DNA of 64,000 nt from a virus (taxonomy: Duplodnaviria; Caudoviricetes): positions 83-64,082 of the IMG/VR virus record IMGVR_UViG_3300042904_000073; one strand, written 5' to 3'. A program made the translations under genes and the position numbers. Positions 19,351-30,052 of the stretch are shown piece by piece (positions within the stretch are counted from its first letter, which is position 1; each line of letters begins with the position of its first letter). The notes below the pieces were generated by a model that was not told where the DNA came from, did no database searches, and worked only from the letters and a program-made list of their open reading frames with translations.

Positions 19351-21888
19351 ATGCCTATACCTGCTGGCTACTGTGATACCGGCGAACGCTTCACCATCCA
19401 AGCGAGCGGCACCATCACGATCAACTATGGTCCTTGTGGGCCTGACGCTGACGTGACGAGCCAGCAGGTATTCGCGTCTGCCTGGGTGACCCCGGCTCCA
19501 CAGATCGAGATTAAGCACCGGATCAACGGAACTACGGGCTTGGTCGAAGTCTTCGCTGACAAGCCGTGGGCTCCGCTAGACCCAAGCAAGGTAATCATCG
19601 ACACGGTGTCGCAGTCGTACCGTGGCGTCGTGAACGCCGATTACTCGGTGACCGCTGGACCGTTCTACCTGCTTGCGAACTCCTGTGGCACGCTTCATTG
19701 GTGGGCAAGCCCTGACACCCTCGTTTGCTACTACATCGAAGGCCAGGGTGCTTGCCGGGCGATGTATAGCGGCTGGACACAGATGGTCAACGGCATCGGC
19801 GCTACGTCCTTCCAGGGTAGCCGAGCCAATATGCCAGGTGGCTGTGACGAGAGCAAGCCGTTCCTGCGAATCAGTCACACGGACAACCTCGGCAAGCTGG
19901 CTGCACAGGCCGACGCAACCAGTTGCGGCAGCCACGTCTGCGTGCGCAAGGATGGCACGAACCTGAAGTGGTGGGTGCAAAGCCCAACCAGCGGGCCGGA
20001 AGTGCGAAGCTGGCAGGCTGGCAACATGACCGCTGAAGCCGCCGCTTGGTGTCAGGCTCGCATCTGCGTACTCGACTCTTGCGACAACACGCCGATCCCT
20101 GGTGCCACGGTCGAGATTTACGATCAGTGTAATCCCCTTACTGGAAATATGGGCGGCGGTGCCTACTTGCTCTCTTCCGGTGTTACCGGGAGCGACGGTT
20201 GTGTTACCTTGCCCTACAAGGGCATGTATGCCGTATTCAGCGTTTACAAGCAGTGTTATCAGAGTGTAGGAGGCAGCGGTTTCGGCTCCGTGGGTGCCTG
20301 TAGCTGTGCTGGTAATGACGGTAGCAGTAGGCCAGGACTCACTGCATTCCTGCATCCGATGCTGCGCGTCGGCTCTGGCTGTTCAGGGCTGAAGCCGTGC
20401 GTCTGCCCTGACGGTACTACCTGGAACGAGCAGTGCCAAATCTGTCAACCTGAATGCGGCCCCTGCCAGACCTGGGTTCAGTCTCACTGCCGGTGTGAGA
20501 CTATGGACACCTCGTGTGACGGTGGCCGCATCTTCTCTTGGGACGACTGCGAATGCCACTGCCCTGAAGGGTCGATCCTTTGCAACGACTACTGCATTTA
20601 CGAGCCTAGTAAACCTCCGTGTTACGAGGAGCTTAACGGGCGCTGGAACGGCACGACCTGCAATTGGGAAGTAGATGATCCGGTCTTGCCGCTATGCGGC
20701 GAGGAGCGGGCTTGCACCTGGCGCGAGAACCTGTGTCAGTGGTGCTGCATCTTCCACGACGGCAACCCGCAGAATACCGGGTGCCCTTCCGGCTACACCT
20801 GGGATGCCGAGAAGAAGGACTGCGTAATCCCCGAGCCGGGAAAGGGCTGCCCGCCTGGCTACACCTGGAGTGAAGACGCCGACGACTGTATCAGCGTGAC
20901 AACCGCTGAAAAGCTATGTCCTGTCGGCTTCTGGGATAGCAACCGTGGTCAGTGCGTTACTTCGGGCTCGCCCGGTTCAAAGCTCTGCGGCAGCACCGGC
21001 TCTTGGGATAACACCTGCGGGCAATGCACGTATCCGATGCCGTGTCCAGAGGATCACGTCTACGACATTTCTACGTGCGAATGCGTTCTTGATTGTCCTG
21101 ACGGTGAAGAGGTTTGCAACGGCGTTTGCATTCAACGTCCAGAACAGCCTCCCTGTTTCTCGGAGCGTAATTGTCACTGGTCAACTACTGAATGCAAATG
21201 GGTGTGTGACGACGCTACTTGCGAGCCTAATCATTACTATGATTGGGACGAATGCGAATGCTCGCCTGTTGATAAGAAGTCGAAGTATTCAGGAAACATA
21301 GACACCTGCTTTAGCTTCGATATGACGAAGCTGCACTGGTTCCGTAGTGGCGTATCTCCTGACACGAAGCTCTACGTTGACACTTTCCATCTTGATGTAA
21401 GCCAACCCGGAAATTGGGTTCTGGAAAGCACCGCTGAAATTATAGATAAGGGCGCGTCACCGTCGATCATCAAATGGGGGAGAGACGGGTTCATGTCGTT
21501 GGCCTACCTCGACCTGGACAGCGGGAACGCAATGTCCCAACTGTGGGACCCGCTCAACGGGGCAAGGAACATGGTAACGGTAGCCGGTGGCGCAAAGTGG
21601 GTTGACCACAAGATGGACAAGTGGGGCAGGACCGTGTTCGCGGTCTATACCGGCGACTGGTCCGTCTGCATCGGCAAGCTCGGCGGCGACGGCAAGCTGG
21701 TCATTTCGGCCGGGCCGGTGCTGATGCAGGACAAAGACGGGAACGGCATGAACGGTGCCGAATCTCAAGGTTCACTCCTACCTCTCCCCGATGGTGGAAT
21801 GCTATTCACGTTCACTGACAAGAGCGGGAATTCAAAGCAAGTCCACTGCCGAATGCTGAATGACGATGGGAGCGGGGAGTGGAACTAG
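19351..21888 (+). CDS. Cys-rich repeat tail-region protein
   Basis: Many CPxGxxWxxxxCxC units in a 845-aa ORF within the tail module. Confidence 0.8.
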   Translation: MPIPAGYCDTGERFTIQASGTITINYGPCGPDADVTSQQVFASAWVTPAPQIEIKHRINGTTGLVEVFADKPWAPLDPSKVIIDTVSQSYRGVVNADYSVTAGPFYLLANSCGTLHWWASPDTLVCYYIEGQGACRAMYSGWTQMVNGIGATSFQGSRANMPGGCDESKPFLRISHTDNLGKLAAQADATSCGSHVCVRKDGTNLKWWVQSPTSGPEVRSWQAGNMTAEAAAWCQARICVLDSCDNTPIPGATVEIYDQCNPLTGNMGGGAYLLSSGVTGSDGCVTLPYKGMYAVFSVYKQCYQSVGGSGFGSVGACSCAGNDGSSRPGLTAFLHPMLRVGSGCSGLKPCVCPDGTTWNEQCQICQPECGPCQTWVQSHCRCETMDTSCDGGRIFSWDDCECHCPEGSILCNDYCIYEPSKPPCYEELNGRWNGTTCNWEVDDPVLPLCGEERACTWRENLCQWCCIFHDGNPQNTGCPSGYTWDAEKKDCVIPEPGKGCPPGYTWSEDADDCISVTTAEKLCPVGFWDSNRGQCVTSGSPGSKLCGSTGSWDNTCGQCTYPMPCPEDHVYDISTCECVLDCPDGEEVCNGVCIQRPEQPPCFSERNCHWSTTECKWVCDDATCEPNHYYDWDECECSPVDKKSKYSGNIDTCFSFDMTKLHWFRSGVSPDTKLYVDTFHLDVSQPGNWVLESTAEIIDKGASPSIIKWGRDGFMSLAYLDLDSGNAMSQLWDPLNGARNMVTVAGGAKWVDHKMDKWGRTVFAVYTGDWSVCIGKLGGDGKLVISAGPVLMQDKDGNGMNGAESQGSLLPLPDGGMLFTFTDKSGNSKQVHCRMLNDDGSGEWN

Positions 21889-24102
21889 ATGGCTGAAAGG
21901 GTAGTCCCGATCCTTCAGATTCGCCGTTTCAGGAACGGGTCCGAGCCTTACTTCGGACCCGGTTCTGACTTCGGCTATTCCTGGTACTCTTCGCTTAACA
22001 ATGAGTTCAAGTTCGGTAGCGTAAGTTACCTGTCCGTGGACTCTGTTCTAGGCGCACCGATCTACGCTCCGATGGTGGAATACATCGGCACGGAACGGAT
22101 GCGTACCGCCAACCGGGATAACGGGCACGACGTGCCGATTGGCCTCGTGATGAAGCCGTTCGTCATTCCCAAAGACGTTGGGGAATGGGAAACGCTGCCT
22201 GGCGACCTGGGTGTCTGGGAGACTCGCACGTCTTTCATGAACCCTCCCGTGGAGCTTCTGACGCAGAACTTCCAGGGTGTTGACAGCGCGGGAGACACGG
22301 TAATCGCTCCGTGGGGCTCGCAGTCCACCTACTCCCATCCTGGCCTGCCGAGCTTCGCGTTCACGATCCTGCCTGCGGCGGTCTCGCCGGATTACAACCC
22401 GTTCGTCGGTGGCGTCCCCTACAGCCAGGTTGCCTGGTCTGGCGGCAAGTGGGCTATCCGGTTCTTCAATCACGGCAACCCGGTACTGATGAAGTCCTTC
22501 GGCGGCATCATGGTCCCGCTGATGGAGCTTGGCTCACCGGCCCGAATGAACAACGGAGACAACCCCGATTTGATCGAAGGCATCGTGCGGCACCAGCGGG
22601 GAGCCCTGATGATTTCGATGGACCACGGGGCAACCTACGACGTGTGGTGGGAGCCGACCAACACTCCGGTCTCTTGCCCGTCTGGCAAGTACCAGTTCAC
22701 CGGCTTGGGGATGGCGGCGGCTCTAGGCATTCACCAGGTGGCCTACGGCGACGATCAGAACCACGGACACTACGACAGCCCGAAGCTGCCAATGGAGCGA
22801 CTTCGCGCCGGGTCGCCAACGCTTGTCAACTTCAGATACGCGAACGCGACGAACACGGCGGTCACCGTCCAGAACATCGCGCCGACCACGACCACGACCT
22901 ACATGCAATACCGGATCAACATGACGGCCGGTGTTGTGAACACGTCGCACTTTGCGTATTACTACTCCCCCGAATCGTATGCCGTGGAGTTGGCGTATCC
23001 GACCACGCCAAGCCTCTACTTCCCGATGCACGACAACGGGGCGACGTTCGAGGGGCGTATTCAACAGCTTACCATTGACAAGCCCTTTGAACTCGATGAA
23101 GCGACCTGCTCTTTCACCTGCCGCTACACCGTAGACGAAGGCGGGCCGCAAGGTAGCTTCGGGCTCAATCTGATTCAGGTCTGGGGTGGTTGGCAGTATG
23201 ACGACGGGTCGAACGACGTTGATCTGCTGTTCACCGGCTACCTGGTTGATCCGAAGGTTACCCAGGTCAACAGCAACTACATCACCGTCAGCTTCACGGC
23301 TCACTCTACAGCCTTGCGCCCGAAGCGGATGCAGTGGCGAGACAGTAACGCCTCGCCATACGATGGCTTGACGCCCAACCAGGCACTCTTGAAGTGGGCC
23401 GTCTCGATGGGTCTCAACGCCAGCTTCCTCGCCTTCGACAGCACCGGCCGGGGAGACAACGTGCTGCTGCCCGCCGAGTCGCCGGAAGAACCTGCTTACG
23501 TGCCCGTGGTCGGCGAGGCTCGATGGGACATTATGGCGAAGATCGCCGAGTATGCCCGTCTGGAGCTTGGCGTAATGAACAACGGCTCGTATGCTCTCTT
23601 CCCGAGCGACACGTTCGTGTTGACGCCTTACACCTGGGACGCCGCGCCGGTCAACAACAACACCTCGCACATTGAGAGCATCAGCCTGGAACAGCGCGTG
23701 CTAGACACCTTCACCGGAGTTTTAGTGCGCGGGCGAACAATGTGGAATGCTCAAATAGCCGCTTGGATATACGACAGTGACGCCGAGACCAATATCTTCA
23801 GTAGTAGGTTCCGACCCTGGCCGGAATGGACTGTGGAGACTATCGACCATCCGGTAACTCCGCAGTGGCTTGGGCAGGTAGCTCTTGGCCTGGCCTGGAA
23901 CAAGATCGTCCCCAACTTCGAGCTTACCTGGAAGGGCGAGCTTGCCACCTTCGTTTCCAGGCGTCACGCCGTCTGGGTGCGAGGCACGACGGTAGGGGCG
24001 GGCAACTTGGTCAAGGTCGGCGTGCTATCGCTACGGCACACCTTTGACCGGAACGACCCGATGATGGCGTGGACCGAGGTGCGCGGAAGGAAGCTCTCCT
24101 AA
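21889..24102 (+). CDS. Tail tip or hub (Tal-like) protein
   Basis: IQVWGG..Y....LFTGY hub motif; position. Confidence 0.65.
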   Translation: MAERVVPILQIRRFRNGSEPYFGPGSDFGYSWYSSLNNEFKFGSVSYLSVDSVLGAPIYAPMVEYIGTERMRTANRDNGHDVPIGLVMKPFVIPKDVGEWETLPGDLGVWETRTSFMNPPVELLTQNFQGVDSAGDTVIAPWGSQSTYSHPGLPSFAFTILPAAVSPDYNPFVGGVPYSQVAWSGGKWAIRFFNHGNPVLMKSFGGIMVPLMELGSPARMNNGDNPDLIEGIVRHQRGALMISMDHGATYDVWWEPTNTPVSCPSGKYQFTGLGMAAALGIHQVAYGDDQNHGHYDSPKLPMERLRAGSPTLVNFRYANATNTAVTVQNIAPTTTTTYMQYRINMTAGVVNTSHFAYYYSPESYAVELAYPTTPSLYFPMHDNGATFEGRIQQLTIDKPFELDEATCSFTCRYTVDEGGPQGSFGLNLIQVWGGWQYDDGSNDVDLLFTGYLVDPKVTQVNSNYITVSFTAHSTALRPKRMQWRDSNASPYDGLTPNQALLKWAVSMGLNASFLAFDSTGRGDNVLLPAESPEEPAYVPVVGEARWDIMAKIAEYARLELGVMNNGSYALFPSDTFVLTPYTWDAAPVNNNTSHIESISLEQRVLDTFTGVLVRGRTMWNAQIAAWIYDSDAETNIFSSRFRPWPEWTVETIDHPVTPQWLGQVALGLAWNKIVPNFELTWKGELATFVSRRHAVWVRGTTVGAGNLVKVGVLSLRHTFDRNDPMMAWTEVRGRKLS

Positions 24103-24311
24103 TGAAGTCACCACGCAACCCGGTCCAGGCGCTACGCAAAGACCTTCGCCGGTCCCAGGTCGAGACAACTGTGGGCATGACCATCTTTGTCCTCGGTCCT
24201 TCCGGCGAGGGTGACCAGTTCTCGGCAGCAGAGATTGACAAGCAAGGAAACATCGTAGAGTGCGCACAGTTCGACGTAAACAAGTTCGATGAAAGCACCT
24301 TCTGCGACTAG
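24102..24311 (+). CDS. Small hypothetical tail protein
   Basis: TAATG coupling with the upstream gene. Confidence 0.5.
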   Translation: MKSPRNPVQALRKDLRRSQVETTVGMTIFVLGPSGEGDQFSAAEIDKQGNIVECAQFDVNKFDESTFCD

Positions 24312-24326
24312 GCTGATAACACGCTC

Positions 24327-26633
24327 ATGGCAACAACTGTCTATAACCTTCAGAACGATGCGGCGAAGTGCAAGAAGATCAGCAGCGCCCAATGGAACAA
24401 GCTCGCCAACACGCTTGAACTCGTGGCGGTCAGCTTGGCCGAGTTCGGCGGCTCTGGCTTCCTGACGGCAGGAGACTTCAATGCGTCGGCTGTGGTCGGG
24501 CAGAAGAAGGCCTCGGTCTCTTCCGGCCGGGTGATCGTCGGAGAGACCGGGGAGCGCAAGCTGGTCCACGAAGACGACCTCCAGGAAGTGGACCTGGTAG
24601 GCACCACAGTCTCGCCGCAGGTCAACTACGGCTACGTGACCCAGGAAGGCACCGTCACCGTAGTTCAGAACCCCATGAACGCGCCTGCAAACTCGATGCT
24701 GGCGTGGACCTGTGACTGCGACGACGATGGGGGCTCGAACTTCGACAACTTCCCGGATGGCCGGGTAAACCTGCTCTCCTTCCTGGCGCTCAAGGTCACG
24801 GGCGACGACCGGCAGGGTGGCTACCTGAATGACAAGCTGGACGCCGGTACGGGTGTCACGCTCACTGTCACTGGAACGGGAGCCGACGAGAAGCTGGTCA
24901 TTGCCGTGGACCCGGCCGCTATTCTGGACTACAAGGTCAAGGCGGATGGCACGGACACGCAACCCGACTACCTGGGAGACGCGCTGCTCGCGGGCACGGG
25001 CATCACCGTAGCTGTAGAGACCGTCAGCGGCACGCAGCGCAAGGTGCGTATCACCAACTCGGCACCGGACGATAAGAAGCTCCTGACGAGCGGTGCCGAC
25101 ACCGTAGCCGCTTACCTGGGTGCCAAGCTGTCTGCGGGTGCCGGTATCACCATCGAAGAAATCGACGGGGCTCCAGGCGCGGGCAAGATCATCCGTATCA
25201 CGGCCGACGCAGCCGAGGAGGGCGGCACGGACATTAAGGTCAAGTCTAGCGCGGCCGATGCCGTGGCGGGCTACCTGTCCGACAAGCTCCAGGAAGGCGA
25301 CGGCATCACGATTGAAGTCGTGGACGGTGCAGAAGGCGAGAAGCTGGTTCGCATCACGTCGGCCACGGCATCGCTGGTCAAGGTAGACGAAGACGACACG
25401 ACTTCAGGTTACCTGGCTGACAAGCTGTCAGCCGGAACCAATATCAGCTTGACAGTCGTTGAAGACGAGGAAACGGGCGAGAAGACTCTGGTGATCGCCG
25501 CCGATGCGTTCGAGTCCAGCGATGAACTGGTGAAGACCTCGGCGGGCGATACGGTAGCCGAATACCTGGCAGCCAAGCTGACGGCTGGCACTGGAATTGC
25601 GGTCGAGGAACTTACGGAAGCCGTCACTGGCCGCAAGTACATTCGGATCAGCAACTCGGCCACGACTGCTGACGAGAAGGTGAAGGTCAACGGCTCCGAC
25701 ACGCAGGCTGATTACCTGGGCAACAAGCTGATTGCCGGTTCCGGTATCGCCATCGACACCGTAGTAGCGGGAACCGTTCGCACCCTGCGAATCAGGAACA
25801 CCGGCAGCGGCATCACGAAGGTGGACTTGCCCGAGTTCACGGTGACCCTCGAAGACAGCGACCAGCTTGTGCTGAAGCTGGACTTCGAGGAAGTGGGCGA
25901 GTTCCCGGATGGCCGCTACTTCGTCTGGGTGAACCTGACGCGAGAAGACGAGAGCGAGGTGCCCAACGGCAAGATCGTGGTCACCGAAGGCATCATGGAG
26001 AAGACCGGCTCCGTGTGCTACCTGTTCGTCCAGGTCGCCTGTGACGCCGGGCTCGGCGCTGACAGCCTGGACACCGAGGACATTACGTTCAACGTCTCGG
26101 TGGCTGGCACGGGTTACGCTACGGCAGGCGGCACCACTATGACGGTAACTCCGGTGGAGTACTGCAACACGGCTGATGATGTAGCCGCGCAGAAGTATGA
26201 CGCCCCCGTGGGCGCGTTCTTCATGGACGACATTGGGACCAATATCACCGGGTCCGAAGGGTCGTTGAAGAATGCCTGGATGGGTGGTGCAGTCTGCAAG
26301 CAAGGGCTCCTCGGAAACATAAGCGGTAAAATCACGGGCGCGGTCCTTACGTTCAGCAACGTGGATTGGGGTAGCTCGGACGCAGAACTGGAAATCAAGT
26401 TCAAGACAGATGGCTCCGGTGGCGTTGAAACGGTGACCGTTAGCCCGAACCCGGAAGAAGCGATTTCCGGTTCCTACGGAACTATCGCTATCGACCTGCA
26501 AAGCCTGGACTTCCCGTTGGATATAGCTAATTACCACGTATGTTGGGTAACCGCTCGCCTGGCGGCGGGCAGCCTGAACAGCGGGGTCACGCTCGGAGTA
26601 GTTCTTTACGGTTGGACAGGGAATAGCCAGTCA
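24327..26633 (+). CDS. Tail fibre with tandem KV...D....YL..KL.AG.GI repeats
   Basis: About 7 visible ~50-aa repeats. Confidence 0.7.
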
Positions 26634-26635
26634 TA

Positions 26636-28204
26636 ATGCACGTTTATAGAGGCATGGGGACACAGGAAGTAGGGCAAGGTGCCCACAGACCAATCGAGGC
26701 GCTGTGGCGGGCATGGGGACCCGCCCGGCGCCCTCTTCGTGACTTGAACGCGCCACTCGGTATCGGGGTGATTACCTACAACCGGCGCGAGCATGTAGTC
26801 AAGCTCGTGGAAGCCATCGAGCGCCACACCAAGACTCCGTTCTACCTGGTGATCGCTGACGACGGCTCCACGGACGGAACTTCGGCCTGGGCGCGGGACT
26901 GCAACATCCCCGTGGTTACCGGCCGCAACCTGGGGGTGGACTGGAACAAGAACCGGGCTACGCACTACCTGGCGCACAATACGAAGGCCGAGACCTTCAT
27001 CCTTCTGGAAGACGACGCGCTTCCTTGCGAGGATGGATGGGATCGACTGTGGATAGATGCGGCCCGGCGCTGGCAGCACGTCACCTACGCCAACGATTGG
27101 GTCTTCAAGCACAATCCCACCGGCAGTGGAGTACCTGGCAATCCTTACGTCACGCAGAATTGGGTCACGGGCCAAGTAGACGCTACTTCGCGGCACGGGC
27201 TGGAGAAGGTCGGCTACTTCGACACCCGCTACTACGGCTACGGGTGGGGTCACGTCGAGCGCGACTGGCGGTTCCGCTGGCAGTTCAACCAACCTGGCTT
27301 CCTGTCGATGGATCGCGGGATCAAGTCCGTAGATGCAGGCACCTTCCGCAACGAAGACGAGGTAGCAGGCAACCGCAGCATCTTCGAGCAGATCAAAAAC
27401 GAGGCCATCTACCGCCATCCTTACCGGGGCGAGGTAGAGAGCGACCGCCTGGTTCACGAGCAAGTCCGGTCTACGTGGCCGCTGGCTCCTGACGCCTGGG
27501 ATACGAGCAAGCTGTCGGTGATCTGTCCGACCCGCAGGCCGGAACTGGCTCACCGGATGTATGCCTCGCTGATTGCCAGCAATCCCGGCTTCCCCTTCCA
27601 GATGGTGTGGGCCTGGAACGGCGAAGGCTCCTGCGACCTACCGGGAACGGTCGTGCCCTACTTGGAGCAGGACTTCCGTTACGAGGAAGCAATCAACCGG
27701 GCTGTTATTCAGTCTACTGGCGGCGTGCTAATGATCGTCAATGACGACATTGTGCTGCGCACTGAAGGCCTCTTTCAGAGGATTGTCAACGCCTACAAGC
27801 ACGATCCTCGACTCGGCGTTCTCCACGGCCAGCAACCGGGCTCCTGGTCCGTTATGTCTGACCCGAACGCGCCCGGCTGGAACGGTGCCTGCTGGACGAT
27901 CCGGCGCGAGGCGTTCTGCGAAATGGGCGGGCTCGAAGAGACTCTGCTCTCGTACGGCGGCGACGAATTCGTTACCAGGGTGCGCATGAAGCGGCTCGGC
28001 TGGAACGGCGGGCGTTGCACCGGGTGGGAGTATCACCACGACAGGCATTCCAGCTACGGTGAAAACCCGAATACTCACCAGTCAACCTACGAAGCTGCGA
28101 TGGCTTTGGGCTGGCACGGGGTGTCGAAGCATCTGAACCAGGCCGTGGCCGGTCAAGCGCAATCCATCATTCTGCGGGCCGAGGGTCTTGCACGCAAGCT
28201 CTGA
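26636..28204 (+). CDS. Tandem two-domain GT2 (GT-A fold) glycosyltransferase
   Basis: ITYNR, DDGSTDGT, LEDD, GWGHVE; second domain ICPT, VNDD, GGLEE....YGGDE. Confidence 0.85.
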   Translation: MHVYRGMGTQEVGQGAHRPIEALWRAWGPARRPLRDLNAPLGIGVITYNRREHVVKLVEAIERHTKTPFYLVIADDGSTDGTSAWARDCNIPVVTGRNLGVDWNKNRATHYLAHNTKAETFILLEDDALPCEDGWDRLWIDAARRWQHVTYANDWVFKHNPTGSGVPGNPYVTQNWVTGQVDATSRHGLEKVGYFDTRYYGYGWGHVERDWRFRWQFNQPGFLSMDRGIKSVDAGTFRNEDEVAGNRSIFEQIKNEAIYRHPYRGEVESDRLVHEQVRSTWPLAPDAWDTSKLSVICPTRRPELAHRMYASLIASNPGFPFQMVWAWNGEGSCDLPGTVVPYLEQDFRYEEAINRAVIQSTGGVLMIVNDDIVLRTEGLFQRIVNAYKHDPRLGVLHGQQPGSWSVMSDPNAPGWNGACWTIRREAFCEMGGLEETLLSYGGDEFVTRVRMKRLGWNGGRCTGWEYHHDRHSSYGENPNTHQSTYEAAMALGWHGVSKHLNQAVAGQAQSIILRAEGLARKL

Positions 28205-28231
28205 TCCCAATAATCCCGCTGGAGGTATCCC

Positions 28232-28543
28232 ATGCAACTCACCATCGCCAACACTGAAACCGAAAGCTCGTCCATCAAGCCGCTTGGTCGCCCGCCGATG
28301 GGACTGATCGTCCCGGCCTCGTTCGAGGGGACCACGCTCACCTTCGAGGTGTCGCAAGACGACGTGTCGTTCATCCCGTTCACGAAGGAAGACGGCTCGG
28401 ACTACGCCGTCACCGTGGCAGCGTCCACGGCCGTCATGCTGCTGCCCGACTTCGCCCGCACCCTCGGCAAGTTCTATGCGTTCCGGGTCGTATCGAACAA
28501 CGCCGTAGCCGCCGAGCGGGTGATCGAAGCGATTATGAGCTAG
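28232..28543 (+). CDS. Small beta-sandwich hypothetical protein
   Basis: GGAGG SD; P..F.GT.LTFEVS.D motif. Confidence 0.65.
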   Translation: MQLTIANTETESSSIKPLGRPPMGLIVPASFEGTTLTFEVSQDDVSFIPFTKEDGSDYAVTVAASTAVMLLPDFARTLGKFYAFRVVSNNAVAAERVIEAIMS

Positions 28544-28588
28544 ATCACAATGTGGTGCCTGCCTATCATTCTTTTTGTAGAGCAGTAG

Positions 28589-28939
28589 ATGGAGGCAGGC
28601 ACCATGACGGTTAAACAGGCAGCGATGGCACTTACCGGGCAACCCGCCGAAATAGGCGAGGAATCCAAGATCAGCGTCAAGCTAATCCTGGCCTGCCTGG
28701 CACTCTTCTTGAGCGGCTTTGGCCTGTTCCTTACGGTGGTTTCTTTCTACCACTCGTCGGCAGTCAACACGATCAAGGAGAACCAGAAGGAGAGCATCGC
28801 CGCACTGCGCGGAGAGCGCGACCGGGTGCTGGAGAACTATCCCACCTGGAGAGACATTAACCGAATGCGAGACGAGGATCGCAAGTACCTGGACAGTCAG
28901 TTCGGGGCCATTCGTGACGAAATCAGAAGGAGTAGGTAA
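28589..28939 (+). CDS. Membrane protein, holin- or spanin-like
   Basis: One TM helix followed by a coiled coil; in the lysis region. Confidence 0.5.
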   Translation: MEAGTMTVKQAAMALTGQPAEIGEESKISVKLILACLALFLSGFGLFLTVVSFYHSSAVNTIKENQKESIAALRGERDRVLENYPTWRDINRMRDEDRKYLDSQFGAIRDEIRRSR

Positions 28940-29139
28940 TGCCCGTTCACAAGCTGCGGATCGTCGTAACGCTCACCTGCATTCTGGTCACCCTGATTAC
29001 GGGAGCCGTGGTGAGCTACAGCCTGGGACCCGACGCACGCGACCGGCGTGCCCTGCATCGGGAAGAGGCTGGCGGGATGATCGTCGTGGACGGAACGCTC
29101 CTGGAATTCGGGCACGACCCCCTAGAAATCAGCACGTAA
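28939..29139 (+). CDS. Small membrane protein
   Basis: N-terminal hydrophobic helix; TAATG coupling. Confidence 0.5.
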   Translation: MPVHKLRIVVTLTCILVTLITGAVVSYSLGPDARDRRALHREEAGGMIVVDGTLLEFGHDPLEIST

Positions 29140-29250
29140 GGCCCGAGAATTCGCCGGAAGCCCCGTATGGACCCATTGGACCTGCGGGGCTTCTCTTGGC
29201 CTCTGGTGAAGCTCCTGGACGCCTTAAACGTGATCCTGAAGGAGAGAACC

Positions 29251-29676
29251 ATGAAGAAAGCGTTATCCCAACTGATCGTATGGGTCTTTGCACCCGTCTT
29301 GAACAGCCGCCGCGATGCCCTGTCTCTGGGCCGGGTCCTGCTGTTCCTCTACACCCTGGCGCTCGTCTGGTCGCTGGTGCTGAACCTGCCGCGCCTGGTA
29401 GCTGTGCAGGCGAACCCGGTAGTGGTCACTGCCCTGGTGTTCCTGCTGGTCGTGGTCTTCCTGGTCCTGGCCGTCTACTGCTTCGGCGACAAACCGTGGG
29501 TCCGAGAGACGGTGCTGCTGCTTGCCAACAAGGCGAGCTTGAGTAGTCCTGGAGACTATGCGGGCGTGACCCGCTACGTCCAGGATCACGCCAAGCCAGC
29601 AGGCCCTAACCCCTACGGCGGGCCGGAAAATGTCAGCCCACAGGCTGAAACGTCAGAGTCCGAGCCTGGTATATGA
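29251..29676 (+). CDS. Putative holin
   Basis: 2-3 TM helices; AAGGAG SD before ATG 29251; upstream of the endolysin. Confidence 0.6.
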   Translation: MKKALSQLIVWVFAPVLNSRRDALSLGRVLLFLYTLALVWSLVLNLPRLVAVQANPVVVTALVFLLVVVFLVLAVYCFGDKPWVRETVLLLANKASLSSPGDYAGVTRYVQDHAKPAGPNPYGGPENVSPQAETSESEPGI

Positions 29677-29698
29677 CGGTGACGCGATTTGTAGTAGA

Positions 29699-29736
29699 GG
29701 GGACGCCGACACCTGCCCGTGCGGCGTCCCCGTTTC
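29699..29736 (+). terminator. Hairpin or terminator
   Basis: GGGGACGCCG...CGGCGTCCCC-GTTT. Confidence 0.5.
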
Positions 29737-29749
29737 GCAGGAGTAAGCT

Positions 29750-30049
29750 GTGCCACCTACCCCATACGCAACAATCTACGTTGTAGCCGGTGAATCGGTT
29801 GAAGGGCTCAACCTCTTCGTGGCCGCAGACCCGGATGTACCGGCCGTCTTGTTCGACTTGACCGGACTGACTGCACTGTCCGAGTTAGATATAGCGGAGT
29901 TGCTACGAGTTGTCAAGCGCGGACAGCGCGTCTATCTGCGACTGGTTCACGAATCACAGCCGTGGCGGACTCTTTCCCAGAAGCAGTGTCTAGTAAACGG
30001 GCTGGAGCCAAATGTGTTCCAGTTCATGAAAAACTCAACAAAGGAGTAG
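29750..30049 (+). CDS. Hypothetical protein
   Basis: AGGAG SD; ends just before the endolysin. Confidence 0.55.
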   Translation: MPPTPYATIYVVAGESVEGLNLFVAADPDVPAVLFDLTGLTALSELDIAELLRVVKRGQRVYLRLVHESQPWRTLSQKQCLVNGLEPNVFQFMKNSTKE

Positions 30050-30052
30050 CCA

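Noticed and set aside
19351-26636. Diversity-generating retroelement acting on tail genes
   Set aside because: No reverse transcriptase and no near-identical template/variable repeat pair seen
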